NCBI GenBank assembly: GCA_043813585.1
Contig: JBDRKW010000020.1
Coordinates: forward strand, 65,185 to 129,184
Length of the DNA: 64,000 bases
Direction: 5' to 3'
From: Candidatus Kerfeldbacteria bacterium
GTDB lineage: Bacteria > Patescibacteriota > Patescibacteriia > UBA9570 > XYC2-FULL-38-9
Below are positions 1 to 8,553 of this stretch, in pieces (positions within the stretch are counted from its first letter, which is position 1; each line of letters begins with the position of its first letter). The notes under the pieces were generated by a model. It saw nothing but the letters and a program-made list of their open reading frames with translations. It searched no databases and had not been told where the DNA came from. Position numbers and translations under genes: made by a program.

Positions 1-31
1 TCTGCTGCCATGATTTTTTCTTTTTTGACAT

Positions 32-553
32 ATGCTTTCTCGATCCAATAAGGATTTAATACGTTATGATGAGTCTGTGGTGGATATCTTCCGGCCGTCA
101 CTGGTTTATTACCAGTGGCCGCTCGTGGTGTTCTCGCTTGTTATTATCGGTTCCTTTTTCCTGATATACCCGCTGCTGTCATTTGGCATTTGGGGCTGGC
201 TGATTTTCTGCGCCAGCTTCGCTTTAGGCTGCGCAGGCATTGCCCGAACCATTTTTATCTGGAAACGCACCGTCGTGCTGCTCACCAATCAGCGTTTAAT
301 CGATTTTGAGCGCAAGTCGTTGTTTTCACAGCATGTTGCTGAGTGCCCGCTGGATAGAATACAGGATATCCGATACAATAAAAAGGGCATCGTTGCCGCC
401 TTTTTTAATGTCGGCACTGTTGTTGTGGACACCGGAAGCGGCGCAGGCCATATTGAGATTGTCCATGTGAAGAATCCGGAAGCTGTGAAAGAGCGAATAA
501 CAAGCGTGCAAAAACACAATATCAAAAAGGACGATGAAGTACAAGAAATCTGA
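32..553 (+). CDS. Membrane protein with bacterial PH (bPH_2) domain
   Basis: Two N-terminal TM helices, then LLTNQRLIDFERKSLFS...IQDI...GTVVVDTG, typical of bPH_2. Confidence 0.75.
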   Translation: MLSRSNKDLIRYDESVVDIFRPSLVYYQWPLVVFSLVIIGSFFLIYPLLSFGIWGWLIFCASFALGCAGIARTIFIWKRTVVLLTNQRLIDFERKSLFSQHVAECPLDRIQDIRYNKKGIVAAFFNVGTVVVDTGSGAGHIEIVHVKNPEAVKERITSVQKHNIKKDDEVQEI

Positions 554-998
554 CAGGCGAATACAGCGCGATGAGAACCATCAGTATGTTCGCATTTGGA
601 AGTCCAAAGGATTTGTACTGACGTTATTGGTGCTGTTTGTGCTGTTGGCCGTTTCAGTCACCAAAGAGGCGATCCGGAAGATCGAAATGAACTACGAGAT
701 CGAAAAAATGGAGTCAGAGGTCGCCCGATTGCAGCATCGGAACATAGAGATGGATGACATTCTTGCATTATTGAACACCGATACCATGCAGGAAAAAGAG
801 GCGCGCGTGAAACTGGGGCTGCAGTCGGAAGGGGAGCGCGTAGTCATGTTGCCGGGCCGCCGCACGGAAAAGGAGATCATACTTCCCGATTCGGATAAAA
901 TACGCTATATTCCTATTAATGATTACCAGTCAAACCCTGAAAAATGGTTCTATTTTTTCTGGGATAAGATTGATAAGCCAGTAATTAACAACACCTAA
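534..998 (+). CDS. Septum formation initiator family protein (FtsB/DivIC-like)
   Basis: Single TM, coiled coil and [13 protein letters not shown] motif. Confidence 0.75.
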   Translation: MKYKKSDRRIQRDENHQYVRIWKSKGFVLTLLVLFVLLAVSVTKEAIRKIEMNYEIEKMESEVARLQHRNIEMDDILALLNTDTMQEKEARVKLGLQSEGERVVMLPGRRTEKEIILPDSDKIRYIPINDYQSNPEKWFYFFWDKIDKPVINNT

Positions 999-1002
999 GC
1001 AT

Positions 1003-2028
1003 ATGGAGAACCAAATGAAAAACGAAGAAGGGCAAACAAAACCAACGCCAGCCGTTAAGCCGGCAATGAGGCAGGAACCTGCGCCAGCCGCAGAAAAAGG
1101 AGTAACGCAAAAAGCGAAAAAAATGATGATCACAGGCCTAATTATTGCGGGCGTGTTCGTCGTACTAATCCTCGGCTTTGGAAGCTATTGGATGGTATAC
1201 GAATCATCGGGTGAGAACGCGGTGAAGAGCGGCATTAAGAGCGTTGTGCCATTTCCAGTCGCGATCGTGAATGGAAACTGGATCAGCCTGAAGGATTTTG
1301 AAAACGGCGTTGATTCAACAAATTTCTTCTTTGATAAGCAGGATGCAACAGAACTCGGGCTTGCAGAACGCCCGTCAATGGAAGAGATCCGTCAGAACCA
1401 GTACGACCGCATGATCAGCCTCACTCTGCTTGAACAGCTCGCAAAGGAACGGGACGTGAATGTGACAGATGAAAATATAGAGGAATATTTTACCTCGCAG
1501 ATTTTACCGCAGGCAGAAGGCGGCATGGATGAGATTACCCAAACGTTAAGCGATCTGTACAACTGGACTGTGGACGAATTCAAACAGAATGTGCTGTATG
1601 AAGTCGTTCTCGCGCAAAAAGTTGAGGAGTCAATTGCACAAGACGAAGAGCTTTCCAAGGAAGCCAGCGACAGCGCGTGGGATCTTTATAATGAAATAAA
1701 AAATTCAGACAAGCCGTTTTCTGAATTCGCACAGGAAAACAGCGATGACAGTGCATCTGCTGTAGACGGCGGCATGCTCGGTTTCTTTGCAAAAGGCCAG
1801 ATGGTGCAGGAGTTTGAAGACGCCGCATTCACGATGGAAGTCGGCGATGTATCAGAGCCGGTAAAGACACAGTTCGGATACCACATCATCAAAGTCACGG
1901 ATAAGGATGAAGAAGCGGGAACAATTGAAGCGCGCCACATTCTCATTGCAACAAAATCCATGAACGACATCATTCAGGAGCGGAAAGACGAAGCATCGAT
2001 CAAGGATCTGCGTCCAAAATACGAATAG
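1003..2028 (+). CDS. prsA: Membrane-anchored parvulin peptidyl-prolyl isomerase (PrsA/SurA-like foldase)
   Basis: SurA_N-like VAIVNG region; rotamase motifs [37 protein letters not shown]. Confidence 0.85.
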   Translation: MENQMKNEEGQTKPTPAVKPAMRQEPAPAAEKGVTQKAKKMMITGLIIAGVFVVLILGFGSYWMVYESSGENAVKSGIKSVVPFPVAIVNGNWISLKDFENGVDSTNFFFDKQDATELGLAERPSMEEIRQNQYDRMISLTLLEQLAKERDVNVTDENIEEYFTSQILPQAEGGMDEITQTLSDLYNWTVDEFKQNVLYEVVLAQKVEESIAQDEELSKEASDSAWDLYNEIKNSDKPFSEFAQENSDDSASAVDGGMLGFFAKGQMVQEFEDAAFTMEVGDVSEPVKTQFGYHIIKVTDKDEEAGTIEARHILIATKSMNDIIQERKDEASIKDLRPKYE

Positions 2029-2040
2029 AAACTGCGCGGG

Positions 2041-2113
2041 AGCCGACGCCGAGATTCGAACTCGGGACCTACGCGTTACGAATGCGTTGCTCTACCAGCT
2101 GAGCTACGTCGGC
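2041..2113 (-). tRNA. tRNA-Thr(CGT)
   Basis: Reverse complement reads GCCGACGTAGCTCAGCTGGTAGAGC...TTCGTAA...GTTCGAATC...CGTCGGCT; cloverleaf with CGT anticodon; CCA not encoded. Confidence 0.95.
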
Positions 2114-2174
2114 ATTGAGGTACTTGAAAAAGATCAGTGCATAGTATACGGTATCAGAAATTAACCGTCAATGT

Positions 2175-3479
2175 ATGGCAGAACAAGCTAAACAACTGAG
2201 CGAAAACGGGCTATTGCGGAAGCGGATTAATGAGATGGAAGCGGTCAACCGGATCAGCCAGACAATGAATTCTTCACTGAACGTGAAGGAGACGCTTGAG
2301 TCGGTTATGGAAGCGGTGATTGAATTGGGCAACGCGGATCGGGCGCTGATGTATTTGCTAAATGAAGCTGAAACGCATTTTATCCCAACCGTCTCCCGCG
2401 GAGATACAAACGATATAGATTTGAATTTTGAAGTGGCCGCGGAGTCGTCGCTGTTTCGATATGTGCTGCGTGACCGCGTTCCGATTGTTGTTGACGATAT
2501 TGAGATGGATTCTCGCGTTAACCGGTCGCATGCAGACCACCTTGGGACGACATCGTTTATTATTGTTCCGATGATATCCAAAGAGCGCGTGATAGGCATC
2601 ATAGGGGTCGATAATGCGGAAACGGGGCGCTCAGTGCGCGACATTGATGTTTCGCTGCTCGTAACGCTTGCAAACCATGCCGCAATCGCACTTACAAACA
2701 GCCGGCTGCATGAACAGACGCAGCGCTTCAATGAACAGCTTCAGGTGAAGGTAAAGGAAGCCACCGACCATCTTGAACGCCTATTGGAGATGAAATCTCA
2801 TTTCCTCACTGTGGCATCACACCAGCTGCGGACTCCGACGACAGTCATCAAAGGATTGCTATCCATGATTTCGGAAGATCCCGATATGCCTCAGGAAGAA
2901 AAAGACCGGATGATCGAACAGGCGTATGCCAGCGTAAACCGCCTGGAGCGCATTCTTTCGGAGTTATTGACGGCGACAGAGTTCGATGACAAAGCAGTCA
3001 TAATCAAGATAGAGCAGATTGATCCGCGTGAGCTGGTAGAGGATCTAATGAAAGAGCTCTCGCCGCTTGCAAAGAGGCGAAACATTCAGCTGAGCATCTC
3101 CTTGCCGAAGGAAACGATCGCGCCTATTCAATCTGACCGTTTCAAATTATATGAAGCTATTGCAAATCTGGTTGACAACGCAATACGGTACACAGAAGAA
3201 GGTTCGGTGACGCTAACGCTGGAAGACGCGCTGACGCATGTCGTGATGCGTATAGAAGATACAGGTATCGGTTTGGAACCGGATGAACATGAAGTCATCT
3301 TTGATAAATTCCACCGAAGCCATGCAGCCATGGAAATCAAGGCAAGCGGTACCGGCCTCGGGTTGTTTATCACAAAAAATATTGTCGATATGCTGAAAGG
3401 GGAAATCATCGTCCATTCGGAAGGCAGGGGAAAGGGATCGACATTTATTATCAAAATTCCGAGAGACTTGTCTAACTAA
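2175..3479 (+). CDS. Cytoplasmic GAF-domain sensor histidine kinase
   Basis: GAF region, H-box ASHQLRTP, N-box NLVDNAIRYT, DTGIG and GTGLGL boxes; no TM segments. Confidence 0.9.
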   Translation: MAEQAKQLSENGLLRKRINEMEAVNRISQTMNSSLNVKETLESVMEAVIELGNADRALMYLLNEAETHFIPTVSRGDTNDIDLNFEVAAESSLFRYVLRDRVPIVVDDIEMDSRVNRSHADHLGTTSFIIVPMISKERVIGIIGVDNAETGRSVRDIDVSLLVTLANHAAIALTNSRLHEQTQRFNEQLQVKVKEATDHLERLLEMKSHFLTVASHQLRTPTTVIKGLLSMISEDPDMPQEEKDRMIEQAYASVNRLERILSELLTATEFDDKAVIIKIEQIDPRELVEDLMKELSPLAKRRNIQLSISLPKETIAPIQSDRFKLYEAIANLVDNAIRYTEEGSVTLTLEDALTHVVMRIEDTGIGLEPDEHEVIFDKFHRSHAAMEIKASGTGLGLFITKNIVDMLKGEIIVHSEGRGKGSTFIIKIPRDLSN

Positions 3480-3528
3480 GGCATTGACAGGAGGGCAGCG
3501 ATATTGTATTCTGTTGGCGAGTGCAAAT

Positions 3529-4344
3529 ATGAATTCGAGATTAAAACAAAACGTCTCCGTAATGCATCATACAACCATTTCAACACGGCTGTTCATTGCC
3601 GTTTTTATTTTTTCCGCGTTCATCCTCGGCAGCGCGCAGGCGGCGTTTGCGGCAGGAAAGGCTGATACCCCGTCTCATATCCCGGCAGTACGCATACGCA
3701 TGGATAAACCGACCATTCAGAAAGGCTTTACCATTGAAAGCGAAGGCCAGAAATTCCGGATTGGCGTAACGGACCACGCGGTTGGCGAGCGTGACGAGGC
3801 GTTTGTCCGGCTGAAGCCCGTCTTTGACAAAGACGTGACGCTGAAAGGCGAAACGCTGTTGAGTAAGCTGTATTCTTTTGATATTTACAATAAGGAAACT
3901 ATTCCGGTCTATAAGCCGATTTGGATGTCCATCAAGTGGGAGAAAGAATCAAGCAGCGGCATGGTGGTGAAGTACTGGGATTCAAACGCTGCAGCATGGA
4001 TTGAGCTCCCAAGCTCAATAAACGAGCAGGAACAATGGATGCAGGCGGCTATTCATCTGCCGTATGCAATTGTAGGCGTATTTGAAAAAGAAGAAGTATA
4101 TGTTGAAGGCAAAGCAAGTTGGTATGACTGGCACGGTGCAGCGATGAATGGCGTGCCGATGGGTACGGTGGTTAAAGTAATCAACAAGGCAAATGGCAAA
4201 TCAGCAATAACCACAATCGTTTCAACCGGACCGTTTGTGCCCGGACGCGTCATTGACCTGACACGAGGGACGTTTTCCGAAATCGCCGACCTTGCAACAG
4301 GAGTGATAGATGTTATAGTTATCATAAAGGAGAACACAGAATGA
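3529..4344 (+). CDS. Secreted protein with C-terminal RlpA-like double-psi beta-barrel
   Basis: Signal peptide; C-terminal GKASWY...PMGTVVKVIN...GPFVPGRVIDL; start uncertain (3529 or 3562). Confidence 0.75.
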   Translation: MNSRLKQNVSVMHHTTISTRLFIAVFIFSAFILGSAQAAFAAGKADTPSHIPAVRIRMDKPTIQKGFTIESEGQKFRIGVTDHAVGERDEAFVRLKPVFDKDVTLKGETLLSKLYSFDIYNKETIPVYKPIWMSIKWEKESSSGMVVKYWDSNAAAWIELPSSINEQEQWMQAAIHLPYAIVGVFEKEEVYVEGKASWYDWHGAAMNGVPMGTVVKVINKANGKSAITTIVSTGPFVPGRVIDLTRGTFSEIADLATGVIDVIVIIKENTE

Positions 4345-5021
4345 TAGTTTTTGAAAATGTTTCCAAGGAATATAAGGACGGCACCGTAGCGGCTGCTGAT
4401 CTTGATTTTGTTATCGAACCGGGTGAGTTTGTGTCAATCGTGGGGCAGTCAGGCGCAGGCAAGACCACAATCGCCAAATTGATCATTGCGGAAGAAACGC
4501 CGAGCGAAGGAAGGATCGTGATCGGCGGGTGGGATATTTCCAATATTAAACAATCTCAAATTCCCGTGCTGCGTCGCCAGATCGGCGTGGTATTCCAGGA
4601 TTTTAAGTTGCTTCCCAGAAAGACTGTTGAAGAAAATGTCGCATTTGCCCTGGAAACGTGTGCGGCGCGCCGCCGAAAGATTAAAAAGATCGTGCCACAG
4701 GTTTTGAAGATTGTCGGGCTTGAAGATAAACTGGACCGTTTCCCGGACCAGCTTTCCGGCGGGGAGCAGCAGCGCGTCGTGATCGCGCGTTCACTGGTTC
4801 ATCGGCCGAAAATTCTTCTGGCTGACGAACCGACAGGCAACCTCGATTCCATAACGGCGCGTGAAATAATCGATTTGCTGCTCAAGATCAACAAGCTAGG
4901 CACAACGGTTGTTCTCGTCACGCATAACCCGGAAATCGTCAACCGCATCCGCAAGCGCGTCATCACAATCGACAGCGGCGCGGTATCATCCATGCAAAAG
5001 AAAGGTAAATACACACTCTAA
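4341..5021 (+). CDS. ftsE: Cell division ATP-binding protein FtsE
   Basis: Walker A GQSGAGKT, LRRQIGVVFQDFKLL, LSGGEQQRV; adjacent to ftsX. Confidence 0.95.
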   Translation: MIVFENVSKEYKDGTVAAADLDFVIEPGEFVSIVGQSGAGKTTIAKLIIAEETPSEGRIVIGGWDISNIKQSQIPVLRRQIGVVFQDFKLLPRKTVEENVAFALETCAARRRKIKKIVPQVLKIVGLEDKLDRFPDQLSGGEQQRVVIARSLVHRPKILLADEPTGNLDSITAREIIDLLLKINKLGTTVVLVTHNPEIVNRIRKRVITIDSGAVSSMQKKGKYTL

Positions 5022-5935
5022 TGATCCTAGGCGCGGCACGCACCACGAAATTCGCTGTACAAAATTTCTGGAGGAACCTGTGGCTCTCCGTTATTACGGT
5101 TTTTTTGTTAGTGCTTACAACGTTCAGTATTACGCTTGTGGTCAGCATGAATGTGATTACCTCGCAGATGATTAATGCGGTAGAAAGCAAGGTTGACGTT
5201 GACCTCTATTTTGCAGAATACGTCCAGGAGAAGGATATTCTTGCCACTCAGTCGTTCTTAAATGGAATGGATGAGGTCTCCAAGGTCGTGTATGTGTCAA
5301 AAGAAGATGCGCTCGAAGACTTCCGGGAACGCCATGCGGACGAGCCTGCCATTCTGGCATCGCTTGATGAACTGGATGAGAACGTTCTTCCTGCAAGCCT
5401 GATCGTGCACGCAACCGAAATAGACGACTATCCGAAAATAATCGACAATGTTGAGACTTCAAAGTACCAGGAGTTTATCGACCAAACTGACTTCAACGAT
5501 AACGAGGAAATTATCGGAAAGATCAGCGACATCACGAGCCGTGCGTACCAAATAGGCCTGATCGTCAGTATGGTGTTTATTGTCATCTCGGTTATCGTGA
5601 TCTTCAACACCATACGCATCACGATTTACAGCCATCGGGAAGAGATTGGCATCATGAAGCTCGTGGGCGCGACGAACTGGTTTATCCGCGCGCCGTTTAT
5701 TATGGAAGGAATCCTGCTTGGCTTGATCGCTGCGGTGGTCACACTTGCGCTGTTCTATGTTGCGCTTTTTGTTTCTGACCCTTCCGTTTCCGCGTTCTTT
5801 GCCGGGTATGACTTCTCCGTGTTCCAGTATTTCAAGTTCCACGCGCTCCAGCTGGTATTGGCGGAGGTTGTGGGCGCGATTCTGCTCTCCGTGGTGTCGA
5901 GCATGGTGGCAATCACGCGGTATCTGCGCGTCTAG
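5021..5935 (+). CDS. ftsX: Cell division permease FtsX
   Basis: Four TM segments; NTIRITIYSHREEIGIMKLVGATNWFIRAPF signature. Confidence 0.95.
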   Translation: MILGAARTTKFAVQNFWRNLWLSVITVFLLVLTTFSITLVVSMNVITSQMINAVESKVDVDLYFAEYVQEKDILATQSFLNGMDEVSKVVYVSKEDALEDFRERHADEPAILASLDELDENVLPASLIVHATEIDDYPKIIDNVETSKYQEFIDQTDFNDNEEIIGKISDITSRAYQIGLIVSMVFIVISVIVIFNTIRITIYSHREEIGIMKLVGATNWFIRAPFIMEGILLGLIAAVVTLALFYVALFVSDPSVSAFFAGYDFSVFQYFKFHALQLVLAEVVGAILLSVVSSMVAITRYLRV

Positions 5936-6004
5936 TTGACAGCCGCCGTTGGGGCGGATATTCTTATTCAAGTGCGCTGCTACTAAGCGCATTTTAAGAA
6001 CCAT

Positions 6005-6076
6005 TGGGGAGTCGCCAAGCGGTAAGGCACCAGGTTTTGGTCCTGGTTATCGGGGGTTCGAATCCCTCCTCCCCAG
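6005..6076 (+). tRNA. tRNA-Gln(TTG)
   Basis: TGGGGAGTCGCCAAGCGGTAAGGC...CCAGG-TTTTGGT-CCTGG...GGTTCGAATCC...CTCCCCAG. Confidence 0.95.
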
Positions 6077-6084
6077 CAGAAAAC

Positions 6085-6119
6085 GTGTCGTGGTCCCGGA
6101 AGGGGCCGCGGCACTTTTT
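6085..6119 (+). terminator. Intrinsic terminator after tRNA-Gln
   Basis: GTGTCGTGGTCCC-GGAA-GGGGCCGCGGCAC hairpin followed by a T-run. Confidence 0.7.
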
Positions 6120-6128
6120 AATTGGAAC

Positions 6129-6262
6129 GGAGGAAGGATGAGAACGGGCAGAAGCGAGCGAGGAGCGAACGCGACGATGAGAGCGCCGACAAGGTGCCGG
6201 CGGCACGTTGTCGCTGCCCAGGACAAGGAGCGGAGCGACGCGGAAATCCCTCCTCCCCAGCA
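6129..6262. repeat. Structured element bounded by inverted and direct copies of the tRNA-Gln 3' end
   Basis: AATCCCTCCTCCCCAGCA (6061-6078) recurs at 6245-6262; 6129-6145 GGAGGAAGGATGAGAAC is an imperfect inverted copy of the T-arm/3' end. Confidence 0.75.
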
Positions 6263-6330
6263 ATAGCATGAGGCGTTGATACTGGCGCCTCATTTTGCTA
6301 TACTGAGAGCATTATAACTAACAAGAAAAT

Positions 6331-8463
6331 ATGAAAACAGGCTCATACATCATCCTTGCGGTGATCGGAGTCATCGCGGTTGCCGGAGGTATTTACCTAT
6401 TCCTGCAGTGGGCTCAACTGGAAGAACAGCTGCAGCAGCAAATCGGCACGACCACGTTCGAATCAAATTTTAATTTCAAACGGTTTGCCGACGAAAATGA
6501 CTTCAGCAATTATCTGACGCTTGTTGAGGAAACGGTCGGGGACACCTCCGGCTACGGTGCGGGATTCGGCAGCACGCGGACTATGGCTCTTGAAGACGGT
6601 GCCATGGAAGTTAATGCTATTGATGAATCTGCAAAGGGCGCTCCGCAAGTGGACCGCGTTTCGGAGACCAACGTGCAGGTGCAGGACATTGACGAACCGG
6701 ATATTGTCAAAACAAACGGCGAAGAGATTTTCCTCTCACTAGAACAGTGGTACTACCCGTGGTATGGCGTGGATGACGTACGGTTTGAGGAGATTCCCGT
6801 AACTTCAACGTCCAGTGTTGATGAGGATTCTTCAAGTGAAGAACCGGGTGCGGCTGATGATTCGGGCGATTCAAGCGAAGGCAGCGCCGGAGCGGCAACA
6901 GGCGATGAGGATGCTCCGGAAGATGCAAAAATCGCAGCACCTGATTTCTATGAGCCGCAAAATAATGTATCGGTCGTGAAGGCGTTACCGCCGGAAGCAA
7001 TGGAAAAACTTTCCACCATCGACACGACCGGCGACCTCCTACTGTCCGGCGATGTGCTTGTCGCCATCGGGTATGAAGGAATCAAGGGGTTTGACATATC
7101 CGACCCGGCGCAGCCCACAGAAAAATGGTCATATGATTTTGAAAACGATTCGTACTATGACACCGCACGGCTGTATGGCAATACGATTTATCTTGTGCTG
7201 CAAACCCCATTGGACTACGGATCGCCATGTCCGGTAAGGCCGTTGTCAGACGGCGAGATGTACACCGTGGCATGCGCTGATATCTATTATCCCGGCGCTC
7301 CGGTACGGACAGAGCTCACCAGCACTATCCTGAGCATTGACGCTCCAAGCGGGTTCATCAACGACAGCGTCACCTTTACCGGTTCGTATGACCAGTCCGT
7401 GATCTACATGTCCAAAGACAACCTGTACGCCACCTACGCATATACTGCGCCGACCTATGTGATGATGTACGGCTTCTTTACGACGGATGGCGCAGACCTG
7501 TTCCCGGCAGCGACGATTGACCGGTTGAAGGCCGTGAACGGATATGATATTTCAGTGGAAGCGAAGATGGTGGAACTCGAGCAAACGTTGACAAAGTACA
7601 TGGAAACGCTTTCGGACGATGACGCGCTGACATTCGAGACCAACATCGAAGACCGTCTTGATAAATTCTACGATAACCACCTGCGCGAATTCGAACGCAC
7701 GGACATCACGAAGATCGGCACGGACAGTTTCGAAGTCGCCGCAACCGGCAGCGTACCCGGCCATCCGTTGAACCAGTTCTCGCTGGATGAATACAACAAC
7801 CACTTGCGCATTGCGACCACGATCGGCGAATCGTTCTGGTTCGGGATTACAGCAAATACTTTAAACGACCTATATGTGCTCGATAGCAACCTGAAGCAGA
7901 CCGGTTCGGTCATGGATCTGGGCGAAGGCGAGCGCATCTACTCAACACGCTTTATCGGCGATGTCGGCTACATGGTCACATTCCGAGAGACCGACCCGTT
8001 CTACGTGTTTGACCTGTCAAACCCGAACGCGCCGAAAAAGACGGGTGAATTGAAGATTCCGGGGTATTCAGCATATCTGCACCCAATTTCCGAAGACCGC
8101 GTTCTCGGCATCGGCAGGGAAGACCAGCAGGTCAAAGTTTCGCTGTTTGACGTAAGTGATCCCTCAAACCCAACAGAAAAAGACAAGTACCAGCTGAACG
8201 AATACTGGTCCGATATCCTGGACACGCATCATGCATTCCTGCTTGATGAGAAGTACAGCGTCTTCTTCCTGCCTGGAAGCAACGGAGGATACGTGCTCTC
8301 CTATGAAAACGACAAGCTGGAGCTGAAAAAAGCGGTGAGCGATATTCAGGCAAAACGCGCGCTGTATATCAACGATTACCTGTATATCCTGGGCAGCGAC
8401 AAGATTGTCGTGCTTTCGGAAAAAGACTGGGAGCGGGCCGGCCAGCTGAAACTGTTCGAATAA
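6331..8463 (+). CDS. Membrane-anchored Beta_propel family protein
   Basis: N-terminal TM; SETNVQVQDIDEPDIVKTNG, LNQFSLDEY, GERIYSTRF, ELKIPGYSAYLHP motifs. Confidence 0.9.
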   Translation: MKTGSYIILAVIGVIAVAGGIYLFLQWAQLEEQLQQQIGTTTFESNFNFKRFADENDFSNYLTLVEETVGDTSGYGAGFGSTRTMALEDGAMEVNAIDESAKGAPQVDRVSETNVQVQDIDEPDIVKTNGEEIFLSLEQWYYPWYGVDDVRFEEIPVTSTSSVDEDSSSEEPGAADDSGDSSEGSAGAATGDEDAPEDAKIAAPDFYEPQNNVSVVKALPPEAMEKLSTIDTTGDLLLSGDVLVAIGYEGIKGFDISDPAQPTEKWSYDFENDSYYDTARLYGNTIYLVLQTPLDYGSPCPVRPLSDGEMYTVACADIYYPGAPVRTELTSTILSIDAPSGFINDSVTFTGSYDQSVIYMSKDNLYATYAYTAPTYVMMYGFFTTDGADLFPAATIDRLKAVNGYDISVEAKMVELEQTLTKYMETLSDDDALTFETNIEDRLDKFYDNHLREFERTDITKIGTDSFEVAATGSVPGHPLNQFSLDEYNNHLRIATTIGESFWFGITANTLNDLYVLDSNLKQTGSVMDLGEGERIYSTRFIGDVGYMVTFRETDPFYVFDLSNPNAPKKTGELKIPGYSAYLHPISEDRVLGIGREDQQVKVSLFDVSDPSNPTEKDKYQLNEYWSDILDTHHAFLLDEKYSVFFLPGSNGGYVLSYENDKLELKKAVSDIQAKRALYINDYLYILGSDKIVVLSEKDWERAGQLKLFE

Positions 8464-8473
8464 GGTATTCCCC

Positions 8474-8504
8474 AAAAAGGGCCGCAACACAGCGGTCCTT
8501 TTTT
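8474..8504 (+). terminator. Intrinsic terminator
   Basis: AAAAAGGGCCGC-AACACA-GCGGTCCTTTTTT. Confidence 0.8.
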
Positions 8505-8553
8505 CATATGCAAAAAAACGGTATACTAAAGACGTTAAAGAGTAAAAAAAAAT

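Noticed and set aside
6061-6262. Prophage or genomic island integrated at tRNA-Gln
   Set aside because: The direct repeats are only 184 nt apart, and no integrase or phage genes are in the window.
5949-6293. ORFs of 105 aa and 99 aa spanning tRNA-Gln
   Set aside because: They overlap the tRNA and the structured repeat, so they are spurious.
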